Shown here piece after piece: positions 18,632 to 27,184 of a stretch of 64,000 bases of DNA. The position numbers and the translations under genes were made by a program. The notes under the pieces are model-generated. The model saw only the letters and a list, made by a program, of their open reading frames with translations, was not told the DNA's origin and made no database searches. Numbering within the stretch: the first letter of the stretch is position 1; every line of letters starts with the position of its first letter. This DNA is from Calditrichales bacterium (GTDB lineage: Bacteria; Calditrichota; Calditrichia; Calditrichales; J004): positions 2,272,001-2,336,000 of the forward strand of contig OZ254086.1 in assembly GCA_965267575.1 (NCBI GenBank), in the 5' to 3' direction.

Positions 18632-19195
18632 TTATTCAGGCTTAAGCGGAGGACCAACAACCTGCATATCATGTTCGGCGAAGACTTGTGCAATCTCTTC
18701 CTTAGATGGCGGTGATACCCATCCGTCGGTAACGGCGAAGAATGATTCCATTTTCCCCGCGGGCAAATAGGATACAATCATTTTGCCTGTTTCGCTAAGC
18801 TGGATGAAAGCATGCGGGATATTACGCGGCAGAAAGATCGTGTCGCCGGGCTTCATGCGGTATTTCTGGTCACCAACCCGGAACAGGTATTCGCCTTCAA
18901 TGACGTAGAACCATTCATCCTGGTTTGGATGGATATGCAGGGGCGGACCACCGTTGGGCGTTAAGCCGGTTTGCTCAAAAACAGCAAGGTCATTCCCGGT
19001 ATCTTTGCCTGATATTTTTATATCCAGCCTGTTTAGGGTAACGCCCTTCATCGTGTAGGGAATGCCAAACCTGGCTGTGCCGGATTCAACCTTAAAACCC
19101 TGATTGGTTCTGGTGCCAAAAGCGGGCCTAATTCTGGCAAAGGCCATAACCGGCAAGGCGCTGAAGGTGGCGAGCATAAAATTTCTGCGTTTCAT
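18632..19195 (-). CDS. Tat-signal cupin protein (quercetin dioxygenase-like)
   Basis: MKRRNFM twin-Arg signal; GPPLHIH..QDEWFYVIEG; PRNIPHAF. Confidence 0.82.
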   Translation of the reverse strand: MKRRNFMLATFSALPVMAFARIRPAFGTRTNQGFKVESGTARFGIPYTMKGVTLNRLDIKISGKDTGNDLAVFEQTGLTPNGGPPLHIHPNQDEWFYVIEGEYLFRVGDQKYRMKPGDTIFLPRNIPHAFIQLSETGKMIVSYLPAGKMESFFAVTDGWVSPPSKEEIAQVFAEHDMQVVGPPLKPE

Positions 19196-19391
19196 TGCTT
19201 TCATAAACTCCAGGGTTGACCATTTTGGCGCCAAATTTATTCTGAGTTCCGGGCAAAACAAAGCGATATTTTATTTTACGCTTGTTGAAGGCAACACCGT
19301 GTGGTGCGATTACGTTCATCTGATCATTAAAAAAATCAAACGCGTGCAGCGCTTATTCAAACTGCCCGCGATGATCGTAAGGGCAAATGTC

Positions 19392-20270
19392 TTATTCCTC
19401 CAAATAGCCGAATTTTCCTTCATTGAAATCTTTAAATGCTTCCATTAATTCTTGTCTGGTGTTCATTACAAAAGGGCCGTGCGCTGCAATCGGCTCCCTG
19501 ATAGGCTCGCCGCTCAAGACCAGCACTACAGAATCAGCGGCTGCTTCAACATCGAAGACTTCGCCATCGTTTGCCATCAACGCCAGGTGATCCGTTGGAG
19601 CGTTTTCATTACCGTTGATTACAATGCTTCCTTCCACAACGAGAAGCGCGGTGTTGAAGTGTGCAGAAAATTGGAAATCTGCTTTGCCACCTTTATTCAG
19701 TTTGGCGTTAAACATATGTATCGGCGTGAAAGTGGAGGCGACGCCTTTTGTATCGTTGTATTCACCTGCTACCACTTCAATATGTCCGGCGTTTGCGGGC
19801 AGTTCGGCGCGCGCAATGTTTTCATGTTTGATGGCCTGGTATTTGGGCGGACTCATTTTGTCCTTTTTGGGCAGGTTGACCCAAAGCTGCACCATTTGAA
19901 ATTCGCCGCCCTTTTTGCTCCATTCCTCTTCATGATATTCTTTATGCAGGACACCGCTCGCGGCCGTCATCCACTGCACATCACCTTCCGCGATTACCCC
20001 GCCGCCACCGCTGCTGTCATGGTGCGCGACTTTGCCCTTGTAGGCAATCGTGACCGTTTCAAAACCACGGTGCGGATGGACCCCGACGCCACGCGGCTTG
20101 TCGGCTGGAGGAAAGGTGTACTTTGAATTGTAATCCAAAAAGATGAACGGGTCCATTCTCTGCATATCCATGCGAAACTTTCCGGGGATGAAATTGTGCA
20201 CCCTGAAACCATCACCGACGAAGTGCGGATCGCCCGGGCTTGCTACCAGCTCTACTGTTTTTGTCTTCAT
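19392..20270 (-). CDS. Pirin family protein
   Basis: DPFIFLDY, HPHRGFETVT, QWMTAASGVLHKE, QLWVNLP, GPFVMNT. Confidence 0.95.
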   Translation of the reverse strand: MKTKTVELVASPGDPHFVGDGFRVHNFIPGKFRMDMQRMDPFIFLDYNSKYTFPPADKPRGVGVHPHRGFETVTIAYKGKVAHHDSSGGGGVIAEGDVQWMTAASGVLHKEYHEEEWSKKGGEFQMVQLWVNLPKKDKMSPPKYQAIKHENIARAELPANAGHIEVVAGEYNDTKGVASTFTPIHMFNAKLNKGGKADFQFSAHFNTALLVVEGSIVINGNENAPTDHLALMANDGEVFDVEAAADSVVLVLSGEPIREPIAAHGPFVMNTRQELMEAFKDFNEGKFGYLEE

Positions 20271-20357
20271 GATATACCTCTCTTTATATGGAAATTTTCT
20301 TGTTGCAGACAAATGTAGCGCGGCCGGACAGCCTTCTCATTGATGTATGGTAAGAAC

Positions 20358-20951
20358 CTATTTTCTGAAATTCTGTTGCGCCAGATCCCTGCGGACACGA
20401 CTGAGGCTTTCGGGTGTGATGCCCAGGTAGGAAGCAACCATGGTTTGAGGAACGCGCAGGAGCAGGTCGGGGTACATTTTTACAAATGCCAGGTATCTTT
20501 CTTTGGCCAGAGCGCTTAAAAGGTGGTTAATCCTGTTTTGCAGGTGACGGATGTGGTTGTGCAGCAGCCTGTTATTAAAATCCCTGAACGACGGGATCTT
20601 ATCTTCCAGAAACCTGATAAAGTCCTCGTCTATTAAAACGACCTGCGTCTCTTCCAGGGCCTGTATAAAGTATTGAGACGGTTTATTGAAATAGACGCTT
20701 TCTCTGTCCGAAATAAACCAGTTTTCCGGCGCAAACTGTAAAATGTGTTCTTTGCCTTTGGCGTCAATGGTGTACTCTCTCAGTAGTCCTTTTTCCACAA
20801 AGAAGGTGTGTTTGCAAAATTCATCGCGGCGCAGCAAAAACTCGTCTTTGCCAAAGCGCTTGCGTGTGCAGCTTTCCGTAAGAGAAGCTATCTCATCTTC
20901 ATCAATATTCAGGTTGGAAGTCAGGTAGCCGGTTAAGCTAAAGTTTTTCAT
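20358..20951 (-). CDS. Crp/Fnr-family transcriptional regulator
   Basis: cNMP domain (FVEKGLLR...GKEH) and VPQ.MVASYLGITPESLSR HTH. Confidence 0.93.
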   Translation of the reverse strand: MKNFSLTGYLTSNLNIDEDEIASLTESCTRKRFGKDEFLLRRDEFCKHTFFVEKGLLREYTIDAKGKEHILQFAPENWFISDRESVYFNKPSQYFIQALEETQVVLIDEDFIRFLEDKIPSFRDFNNRLLHNHIRHLQNRINHLLSALAKERYLAFVKMYPDLLLRVPQTMVASYLGITPESLSRVRRDLAQQNFRK

Positions 20952-21153
20952 AGGAAACTATATTACTTAGTCTAAGCGCAATATATGAAAATTTGAGGAT
21001 GGTGAGGATGTATAAGCCGACAATAGGTAGTGGCGTTTACCGGCCGTGCTTGACATGCTGGCCGTTAAGCGCCCGATGATCTTGGGCCGCTAACTTTTCA
21101 TTGAGGTTTATTTTGGTGATGGGCGTTGGGAGGAATAATTACCAGAGGGCTAG

Positions 21154-21768
21154 TTATGGTTCGATGCCTAAAATTAATAGAGGCACAGGGGGGCTGTTTC
21201 TTCCTTGTCGCATTACATTATAAACTTCCCCTTCATAGTATGCGATACCGCTACTCATTTGTTTTTGCATTGTTTTTGTTGGAAGTATTTCTATTCCAAG
21301 GTTTACAACACCACCTGAATAAAACAGCATATGTTTTACAAACAAATCAAAAGCTACAAATGCGTATTTCCCAAATTGTACCTCCACTGCAATTTTCTGT
21401 TTAACAAAATCTGTTTGATTATAGCTATAGATTGGCTCTTTCTCTCCATTTGCAATTAAAAACTCCTTTTGCTCCTTTGCCGACATAGGGATACTTTTTT
21501 CCATTAATTCTCTATTTAAAGTTATATAATAATTGTATCTGCTTTCCGACCACCCGCGTTTATTGAACCCCTCATTAAATGCTTTGTTTAGGTCAACTGG
21601 AGAAAGTAAAGCGTCACCCTTCTTTCTAATTTCTTTACTTATTTTAGTACGAAAATCTTCAGCGTTTATTGACGATATAACTTCTTTTATTTCGTCATAA
21701 AGGCTTTTGTGATGTACAATTAAATATTCCTCGCCATTCAAATGCGAATATTTTTTGGCGATTTTCAT
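21154..21768 (-). CDS. Type II restriction endonuclease, BglII/BstYI family
   Basis: NQTDFVK..IAVEVQFGKY motif; AT-rich; ATGA overlap with the methyltransferase. Confidence 0.88.
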   Translation of the reverse strand: MKIAKKYSHLNGEEYLIVHHKSLYDEIKEVISSINAEDFRTKISKEIRKKGDALLSPVDLNKAFNEGFNKRGWSESRYNYYITLNRELMEKSIPMSAKEQKEFLIANGEKEPIYSYNQTDFVKQKIAVEVQFGKYAFVAFDLFVKHMLFYSGGVVNLGIEILPTKTMQKQMSSGIAYYEGEVYNVMRQGRNSPPVPLLILGIEP

Positions 21769-22733
21769 TTTCTATTTACGCTTTTGTTATCTTGTAAAAG
21801 GCTAAGTTGTTTCCATTCATCGGGTATTTGGGAAACTTTGTCTTTCTTAGAAGGTCTATGAATGGGCTTGTTTATGGGTCTAATTTTTAAGGTTCCATCT
21901 TTAAAACTTTTAATTCTTCGTTTTGCAATTGAACAATACTCTTTTTCCTTTTCGATTCCCAGTGCACTTCGCCCATTTTTTATAGCTGCAATAACCGTAG
22001 ATCCAACACCAGCGTATGGATCAAGTACGAAGCTTCCCTCGTTTGTTAATGCTAGGACACAACGTTCAACTAATTCAATTGGAAATTGGCATGGATGCTC
22101 AGTTTTTTCCGGGTGGTTGGATTTTACGTTTGGAATATTCCATAGCTCTTTTTCCCAATCGTTCGCAATAATTTCCCAAATATCACTAGGGTTTTTTCCT
22201 TTTGGATTTCCAGATAATTGACCTTTTTTTGGACCTTTGAAATGGCGTTTTCCCGGATATTTTGCTGGAACCCGAACGCTGTCAAGATTAAAAATATAGT
22301 CATCACTTTTAGTGAACCAAAGTATCGTTTCGTACCTTCCGCTAAACCTATTACTAGCGTGTAACCCATGACCGAAATGCCAAATTATTCGATTACGCAA
22401 TTTTAGCTTATGCTTTTTAAAAATTTGATAATAATAAATATCAAGTGGAAATATTTCTCCTTTATTCACATAATTTCCAACTTGCCAACATAAACTGCCT
22501 TTATCAGATAATACTCTTACGAGCTCATTAATAACTTCTTCCTGAGTCTCTAGGTAGTTCTCAATACTAGTTTTAATTTCGTACGTTTTGCCGACATTAT
22601 AGGGTGGTGATGTTATAATTAAATCGAACTTTGAATTTGCTATTTTTTTTAGAATTTCCAATGAATCACCGTGAGCAATATTAAATTCAATTGATGAGTT
22701 AACGTAGTTGAATAAGGGCTCTTTTATTTTCAT
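21765..22733 (-). CDS. N4-cytosine/N6-adenine DNA methyltransferase (beta class)
   Basis: DLIITSPPYN (motif IV) precedes HPCQFP and VLDPYAGVGST (motif I). Confidence 0.93.
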   Translation of the reverse strand: MKIKEPLFNYVNSSIEFNIAHGDSLEILKKIANSKFDLIITSPPYNVGKTYEIKTSIENYLETQEEVINELVRVLSDKGSLCWQVGNYVNKGEIFPLDIYYYQIFKKHKLKLRNRIIWHFGHGLHASNRFSGRYETILWFTKSDDYIFNLDSVRVPAKYPGKRHFKGPKKGQLSGNPKGKNPSDIWEIIANDWEKELWNIPNVKSNHPEKTEHPCQFPIELVERCVLALTNEGSFVLDPYAGVGSTVIAAIKNGRSALGIEKEKEYCSIAKRRIKSFKDGTLKIRPINKPIHRPSKKDKVSQIPDEWKQLSLLQDNKSVNRK

Positions 22734-22854
22734 TTCAAGTTCTTATAAAGTGATTAATTAATTTTCGATATTTTAAAACTCGGCTAGGTAGGAAGCAAAA
22801 AAGTGTGCCGTTTTAATTTTGAAAAAGCAGAAACATAAAATCTAAATTAAAAAG

Positions 22855-22927
22855 AGCCATCTGGCGGATTCGAACCGCCGACCTGCTCATTACGAGTGAG
22901 CTGCTCTACCAGCTGAGCTAAGATGGC
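22855..22927 (-). tRNA. tRNA-Thr(CGT), CCA not encoded
   Basis: Minus strand GCCATCT acceptor stem, TAGCTCAGCTGGTAGAGC D-arm, anticodon loop CT-CGT-AA, GGTTCGAATCC T-arm; 73 nt. Confidence 0.96.
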
Positions 22928-22945
22928 TTAAAAAACGAGGTTTTA

Positions 22946-22974
22946 AATTTAAAGGCTTAAATCGATTGGTGCAA
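22946..22974 (-). promoter_or_regulatory. Sigma70-type promoter of tRNA-Thr
   Basis: Minus strand TTGCAC-17 nt-TAAATT. Confidence 0.6.
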
Positions 22975-22990
22975 GAGCGGCTTTTCTTTT

Positions 22991-23386
22991 TTACCCCTTA
23001 TCCCCATTCTTGCGCTCGTCGATCAGGCGGTCGGCCAGGTGACGGGCCTTTTCGCGCTGCGCCGGGTCAATATTGCTTTTGATGTGGGCGCGCCGTTTCT
23101 GCTGCTCCATCAGGCGCCGGGCCAGCTCCTCTTCGTGGGGAAAATAGTAAACCGTGTTGCCGGGACGCGGAGCCAGGTTGCGCTCCATCCAGTCGTAGAA
23201 AATATCCAGGTCCAGCTCGTCGAAATGGCTCTCCTCGTCAATTTGCTCCAGACGCCGCACCAGCATCTCCTCCTGGGGAAACACAAAGCGCGCGCCGCCA
23301 AACCGTCCGGCTTTATCCTGCAGGTTGTCGTACCACAAAAGCAGTACACGGGCATCTTCGCGGGAGAGTTTAAAATCTATCAACAT
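22991..23386 (-). CDS. Hypothetical protein with an internal duplication
   Basis: AGAGGG RBS; two W....FP.EE.L.RRL units. Confidence 0.7.
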   Translation of the reverse strand: MLIDFKLSREDARVLLLWYDNLQDKAGRFGGARFVFPQEEMLVRRLEQIDEESHFDELDLDIFYDWMERNLAPRPGNTVYYFPHEEELARRLMEQQKRRAHIKSNIDPAQREKARHLADRLIDERKNGDKG

Positions 23387-23461
23387 AGCGGACCCCTCTG
23401 GTCAAATAAAACGCTTATTCCGCAAAGTATTATCTGCACCTTGTCCCATCATTGACGCAGG

Positions 23462-23776
23462 TCAACCTTCCTCGCGCTCGCCGATTTCACGCAGGTAGTC
23501 GTAGGTGTAAATGCCCGTCGTATGGCGATCACTGAATGTGAAGCGGATGGCGTAACGCCCGATCGGTTCATGGCCGGTAAAGATCACGTTGGTGGGATCG
23601 CTTTTCAGCACCCTGAAGGGGTTTTTGTTGCTCTCCTGTTTTTCGCGCTCCTCGCGGCAGGTGGCACAGGGACAGGCGGCACGGGTTTTGTCGGCAAAAT
23701 AGAGCATGTTCACGCCATCATCCCAGCGGATGGCAAAAACAAAATCGCTTATGTGTTGAATATCGATTGGTTTCAT
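23462..23776 (-). CDS. DUF971 (gamma-butyrobetaine hydroxylase N-terminal-like) protein
   Basis: I.WDDG, R.ACPCATC, PIGRYAI...FSD.HTTGIYTYDYL. Confidence 0.9.
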   Translation of the reverse strand: MKPIDIQHISDFVFAIRWDDGVNMLYFADKTRAACPCATCREEREKQESNKNPFRVLKSDPTNVIFTGHEPIGRYAIRFTFSDRHTTGIYTYDYLREIGEREEG

Positions 23777-23788
23777 TTATTGTCCTTA

Positions 23789-24121
23789 AAGTCTCGTAGT
23801 CTTGTGGTCCTGAAGTCTTGATGTCTTAAGTCTTGCCCCAAACCCTGTCATTTCGAATCCGGCGGCTGCCGGATGAGAAATCTGGGATCGTGCTAACTCC
23901 CGGATCTCTCACCGCTTCGCGGATTCGAGATGACAACAACCAGCAAGATCTCGTTGTGGCAAGACGATGCCAACCGGGATGACAACCCCAGAAACTGTCA
24001 TTTCGAACGAACGTGAGAAATCCGGGAGCCAACCGCTGCCCGGGACTCTCCGGCGGTTCGTCGTGTTAAGGGTAGTGCTCACGCCCAGATCTCTCACCGC
24101 TAACGCGGATTCGAGATGACA
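23789..24121 (-). repeat. Composite intergenic repeat: TGTCAT..ATGACA units (23846-23935, 23996-24121) and 8-mer CAAGACNN tandem (23789-23835)
   Basis: Inverted homolog of 928-1137, including the ttcgaaatgaca-tttctggg-tgtcatcccgg junction. Confidence 0.9.
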
Positions 24122-24133
24122 AACTCTTGGTTT

Positions 24134-25384
24134 TTAACTCTTACTCTCCGCCCAGATCTGCACCAAGTGTACGATGGTGGCCACGGCCTTTTCCATGTGC
24201 TGCACGCAGATCCACTCCTTCTTGCTGTGGAAATTCTGGCCGCCGGTAAAAATATTGGGCGTGGGCAGACCCATGTAGGAGAGACGCGCGCCGTCCGTTC
24301 CGCCGCGTACCAGCCCCTTGTGCGGTTTTAGCCCGCTGCGCTCGATTGCTTGCAGGGCGTATTCCACTACTTCGGGATGCGGGTCAATTTTGTACTTCAT
24401 GTTGCGGTACGATTCGCTGATTGCCATCTCCACCACACCGGGCTTGTATTCGCGGTTCAGGTCGGCGCAGATGCGTTGCAGCATCTCTTCCTTCTTTTTC
24501 AAACCATCGATCTCAAAATCGCGCACGATAAAATCGATGACCACTTTTTCCACGTTGCCGTTAATGGTGTTGGGATGCAGGTAGCCCTCGCGGCCTTCGG
24601 TTGTTTCCGGCGACATACTCTCTTTGGGCAGACGCTCCAGCAGGGCAGCGGCAATCTTCAGCGCGTTGACCATTTTACCCTTCGAGTAACCGGGATGCAC
24701 GTTCACGCCGCGGATTGTCACCGTGGCCGAATCGGCGTTAAAGGTTTCATCTTCGACCTCACCGGCGGTGCTGCCATCGATGGTGTAGGCGAAGCGCGCG
24801 CCGAACTGCTCCACGTCAAAATGGGTTACGCCGTTGCCGACTTCCTCATCCACCGTAAAGGCAATACGGATCTTACCGTGCTTAATTTCCGGGTTTTGCT
24901 TCAGGTATTGCAGCGCGCCCATAATCTCGGCCACGCCGGCTTTGTTGTCCGCACCCAGCAGCGTCGTTCCGTCCGATGTGATGATGTCCTTGCCGATGCA
25001 CTTTTTCAGTTCGGGGTTATCTTTGGGAGAAATGACCACAGAACTATCGCCCGGCAGGACAATATCGCCGCCCTGGTAATTCTTATGAATCTGCGGCTTT
25101 ACATCCTTGCCCGATACATCCGGCGAAGTATCCACATGCGCGATCAAGCCGATCACAGGCACACCGTGGTCTACGTTGGAAGGCAGCGTGGCAAAAACAT
25201 AGCCGTGTTCGACCATCTCCACATCTTCCAGCCCCAGTTCTTTTAATTCACCCAGCAGTTTCCGCGACAGATCAAGCTGCTTGGCCGTGCTGGGGTAGCT
25301 GTCAGAATTGGGGTCGGATTGCGTGTCTATTTTTACATAACTGAGAAAGCGTTCCAGGAACAGGTCAGGGGTAATGTCTTTCAT
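24134..25384 (-). CDS. pepT: Peptidase T (M20B tripeptide aminopeptidase)
   Basis: RFLSYVKIDTQSD, IAHVDTSPD, LLGADNKAG, DEEVG, HPGYSKGKMVNA, RGGTDG, PTPNIFTG. Confidence 0.97.
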   Translation of the reverse strand: MKDITPDLFLERFLSYVKIDTQSDPNSDSYPSTAKQLDLSRKLLGELKELGLEDVEMVEHGYVFATLPSNVDHGVPVIGLIAHVDTSPDVSGKDVKPQIHKNYQGGDIVLPGDSSVVISPKDNPELKKCIGKDIITSDGTTLLGADNKAGVAEIMGALQYLKQNPEIKHGKIRIAFTVDEEVGNGVTHFDVEQFGARFAYTIDGSTAGEVEDETFNADSATVTIRGVNVHPGYSKGKMVNALKIAAALLERLPKESMSPETTEGREGYLHPNTINGNVEKVVIDFIVRDFEIDGLKKKEEMLQRICADLNREYKPGVVEMAISESYRNMKYKIDPHPEVVEYALQAIERSGLKPHKGLVRGGTDGARLSYMGLPTPNIFTGGQNFHSKKEWICVQHMEKAVATIVHLVQIWAESKS

Positions 25385-25400
25385 TGTGGTTCCTTTTTTT

Positions 25401-25579
25401 GAGGTCGTGAAGTCGTTGGTCTTGGAGTCATGACGTCTTCATCTTTTTGATCATAATCGTACTAGCGCTACCAAATTGTCATTCACGCGCAGGCGGGAAT
25501 CCAGGAAAAGCGAATCTGACAATGTCGCCTATAATCCCCGGCTAAAGCGCCATGGATCCCCGTTTTCGCGAGGATGACA
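25401..25579 (-). repeat. Composite repeat upstream of pepT: dRS3-like doublet (25477-25579), 6-mer tandem, 8-mer tandem (25401-25441)
   Basis: Minus strand tgtcatcctcgcgaaaacggggatcc...ggattcccgcctgcgcgtgaatgaca, gtacgattatgatcaa, gaagacgt catgactc caagacca acgacttc acgacctc. Confidence 0.85.
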
Positions 25580-25593
25580 ACGGCAGAGTCTTC

Positions 25594-26658
25594 TCACCCG
25601 CAGGCGCTGATGTCACTTTCGCAGGTCAGGTCGCTTTTGCCGGTGATGGCAATTTCTTTCAGGCGCTGTTCTTCAATCATGTCACGGATATTATCGGCGG
25701 TGCGCAGTTCTTCCAGCATCTCGAAAACCGGCCCGAGTTCCGTGTGCTGCATCAAATCCGCGCGGAACTTGCTGATGTGCGGCAGGCCCTTCAGGTAGCC
25801 GCTCACATGCTTGCGCATTTCGATGGTGCCTTTGCGTACGCCCTTGTAATCGATGCTGTGCAGATAGTGCTCCTTGCACAGGTCGATGCGTTCATCCAGT
25901 GAAGGGCGGGGCGGTACCACGCCGGTTTCGCGGTAAGTCTTGGCGTCGCGAAAAATCCACGGATTGTGTATCGCCCCGCGACCAATCATCACCGCGTCCA
26001 CTCCATATTTACCAAAGCGCTCAATGGCATCGATCGGGTCTACCACATCGCCGTTGCCGATAACCGGCATGTTGACAGCCTCTTTTGTCCGGGCGATCCA
26101 CTCCCAGTCGGCGTCGCCTTTGTAGCGTTGTGCCCGTGTACGGCCGTGGATGGCCAGCGCTTCAATACCCACGCCTTCCATCATTTTGGCGATTTCCACG
26201 ATTTCGATACTGTTTTCATCCCAGCCCAGGCGCGTCTTGGCCGTTACCGGTATGCCCGTTGAGCGCACCACGGCTTCGCACATTTTGATCATTTTGGGCA
26301 CTTCGCGCAGCAGGCCGGAGCCGGCGCCCTTAAGGGCCACCTTCTTTACCGGGCAGCCAAAATTGATGTCGATGAAGTCGGGCTTCTTTTCCTCGGCGAT
26401 CTGTGCGGCGTCGACCATCGCTTCGATACGGTTGCCGTAGATTTGTATGCCCACGGGACGCTCTTCCTCGCGGATGGTCATCTTTTTAAAGGCCTTTTCG
26501 GCATCACGGATCAGCGCCTCCGAGCTGATGAATTCCGAGTAAACCACATCGGCGCCCAGCTTTTTGCAGATCATGCGGAAGGGGTAATCGCTCACATCTT
26601 CCATAGGCGCCAAAAACAGCCCGTTTTCAATTTCCCATGCGTCGTACTTAATTTTCAA
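25594..26658 (-). CDS. dusB: tRNA-dihydrouridine synthase B
   Basis: LAPMEDVSD.PFR, IDINFGCPVKKV, HGRTR.Q.YKG.ADW, GNGD, MIGRGA..NPWIF. Confidence 0.95.
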   Translation of the reverse strand: MKIKYDAWEIENGLFLAPMEDVSDYPFRMICKKLGADVVYSEFISSEALIRDAEKAFKKMTIREEERPVGIQIYGNRIEAMVDAAQIAEEKKPDFIDINFGCPVKKVALKGAGSGLLREVPKMIKMCEAVVRSTGIPVTAKTRLGWDENSIEIVEIAKMMEGVGIEALAIHGRTRAQRYKGDADWEWIARTKEAVNMPVIGNGDVVDPIDAIERFGKYGVDAVMIGRGAIHNPWIFRDAKTYRETGVVPPRPSLDERIDLCKEHYLHSIDYKGVRKGTIEMRKHVSGYLKGLPHISKFRADLMQHTELGPVFEMLEELRTADNIRDMIEEQRLKEIAITGKSDLTCESDISACG

Positions 26659-26738
26659 ATTGCATATACCTTATAAATTTTCACACTATTTTTGAAGAGC
26701 CTTCAATTTACAAAAATTCCCGGGCAATCACACAAACA

Positions 26739-27177
26739 AAGTCTTGTAGTCCGGAAGTCCTGAGGTCAGGAAGTCTTGAAGTTCCCGGGCTCATTATACT
26801 CGTAACGGCGTTTAGCGAATGCGGTCTCCGTTACGCCGTAACACCAACCACGATAAAAGCATCGGGACAGGCCGGGATGAAATAAAGGCCCTGTCACCCG
26901 GGCCGCGTTGCCAAGCCGGCTGATTTGTCATTCCCGCGGATGCGGGAATCCACCGGAGGGGGCTTTTGGGTCGGATGGTTGCTATTCCCGGCAAAGGGCG
27001 TGATGGATTCCCACTTTCGTGGGAATGACACCTAGGTGCCGCATCGGCAGATCGCGGTGTGGAAAAAACACCAACCGGGATGACGCAAAGGCCCTGTCAC
27101 CCCGGCCTTAGCGCCGGGGTCCCTGCCCGCGAAGGCACGCTCACCCTGAATGTCATTCCCGTGAAAAGGGGAATCCA
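26739..27177 (-). repeat. Composite repeat upstream of dusB: 8-mer tandem (26739-26783), 6-mer, 190-bp element (26841-27030), further TGTCAC/TGTCAT half units
   Basis: Read directly; 26841-27030 aligns end to end with 40365-40554. Confidence 0.88.
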
Positions 27178-27184
27178 TTAAGTT

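Noticed and set aside
22855-22875. Search for a duplicated tRNA 3' end (attR) marking a prophage or ICE
   Set aside because: No second copy of gagccatctggcgg found by eye, and no integrase or phage genes
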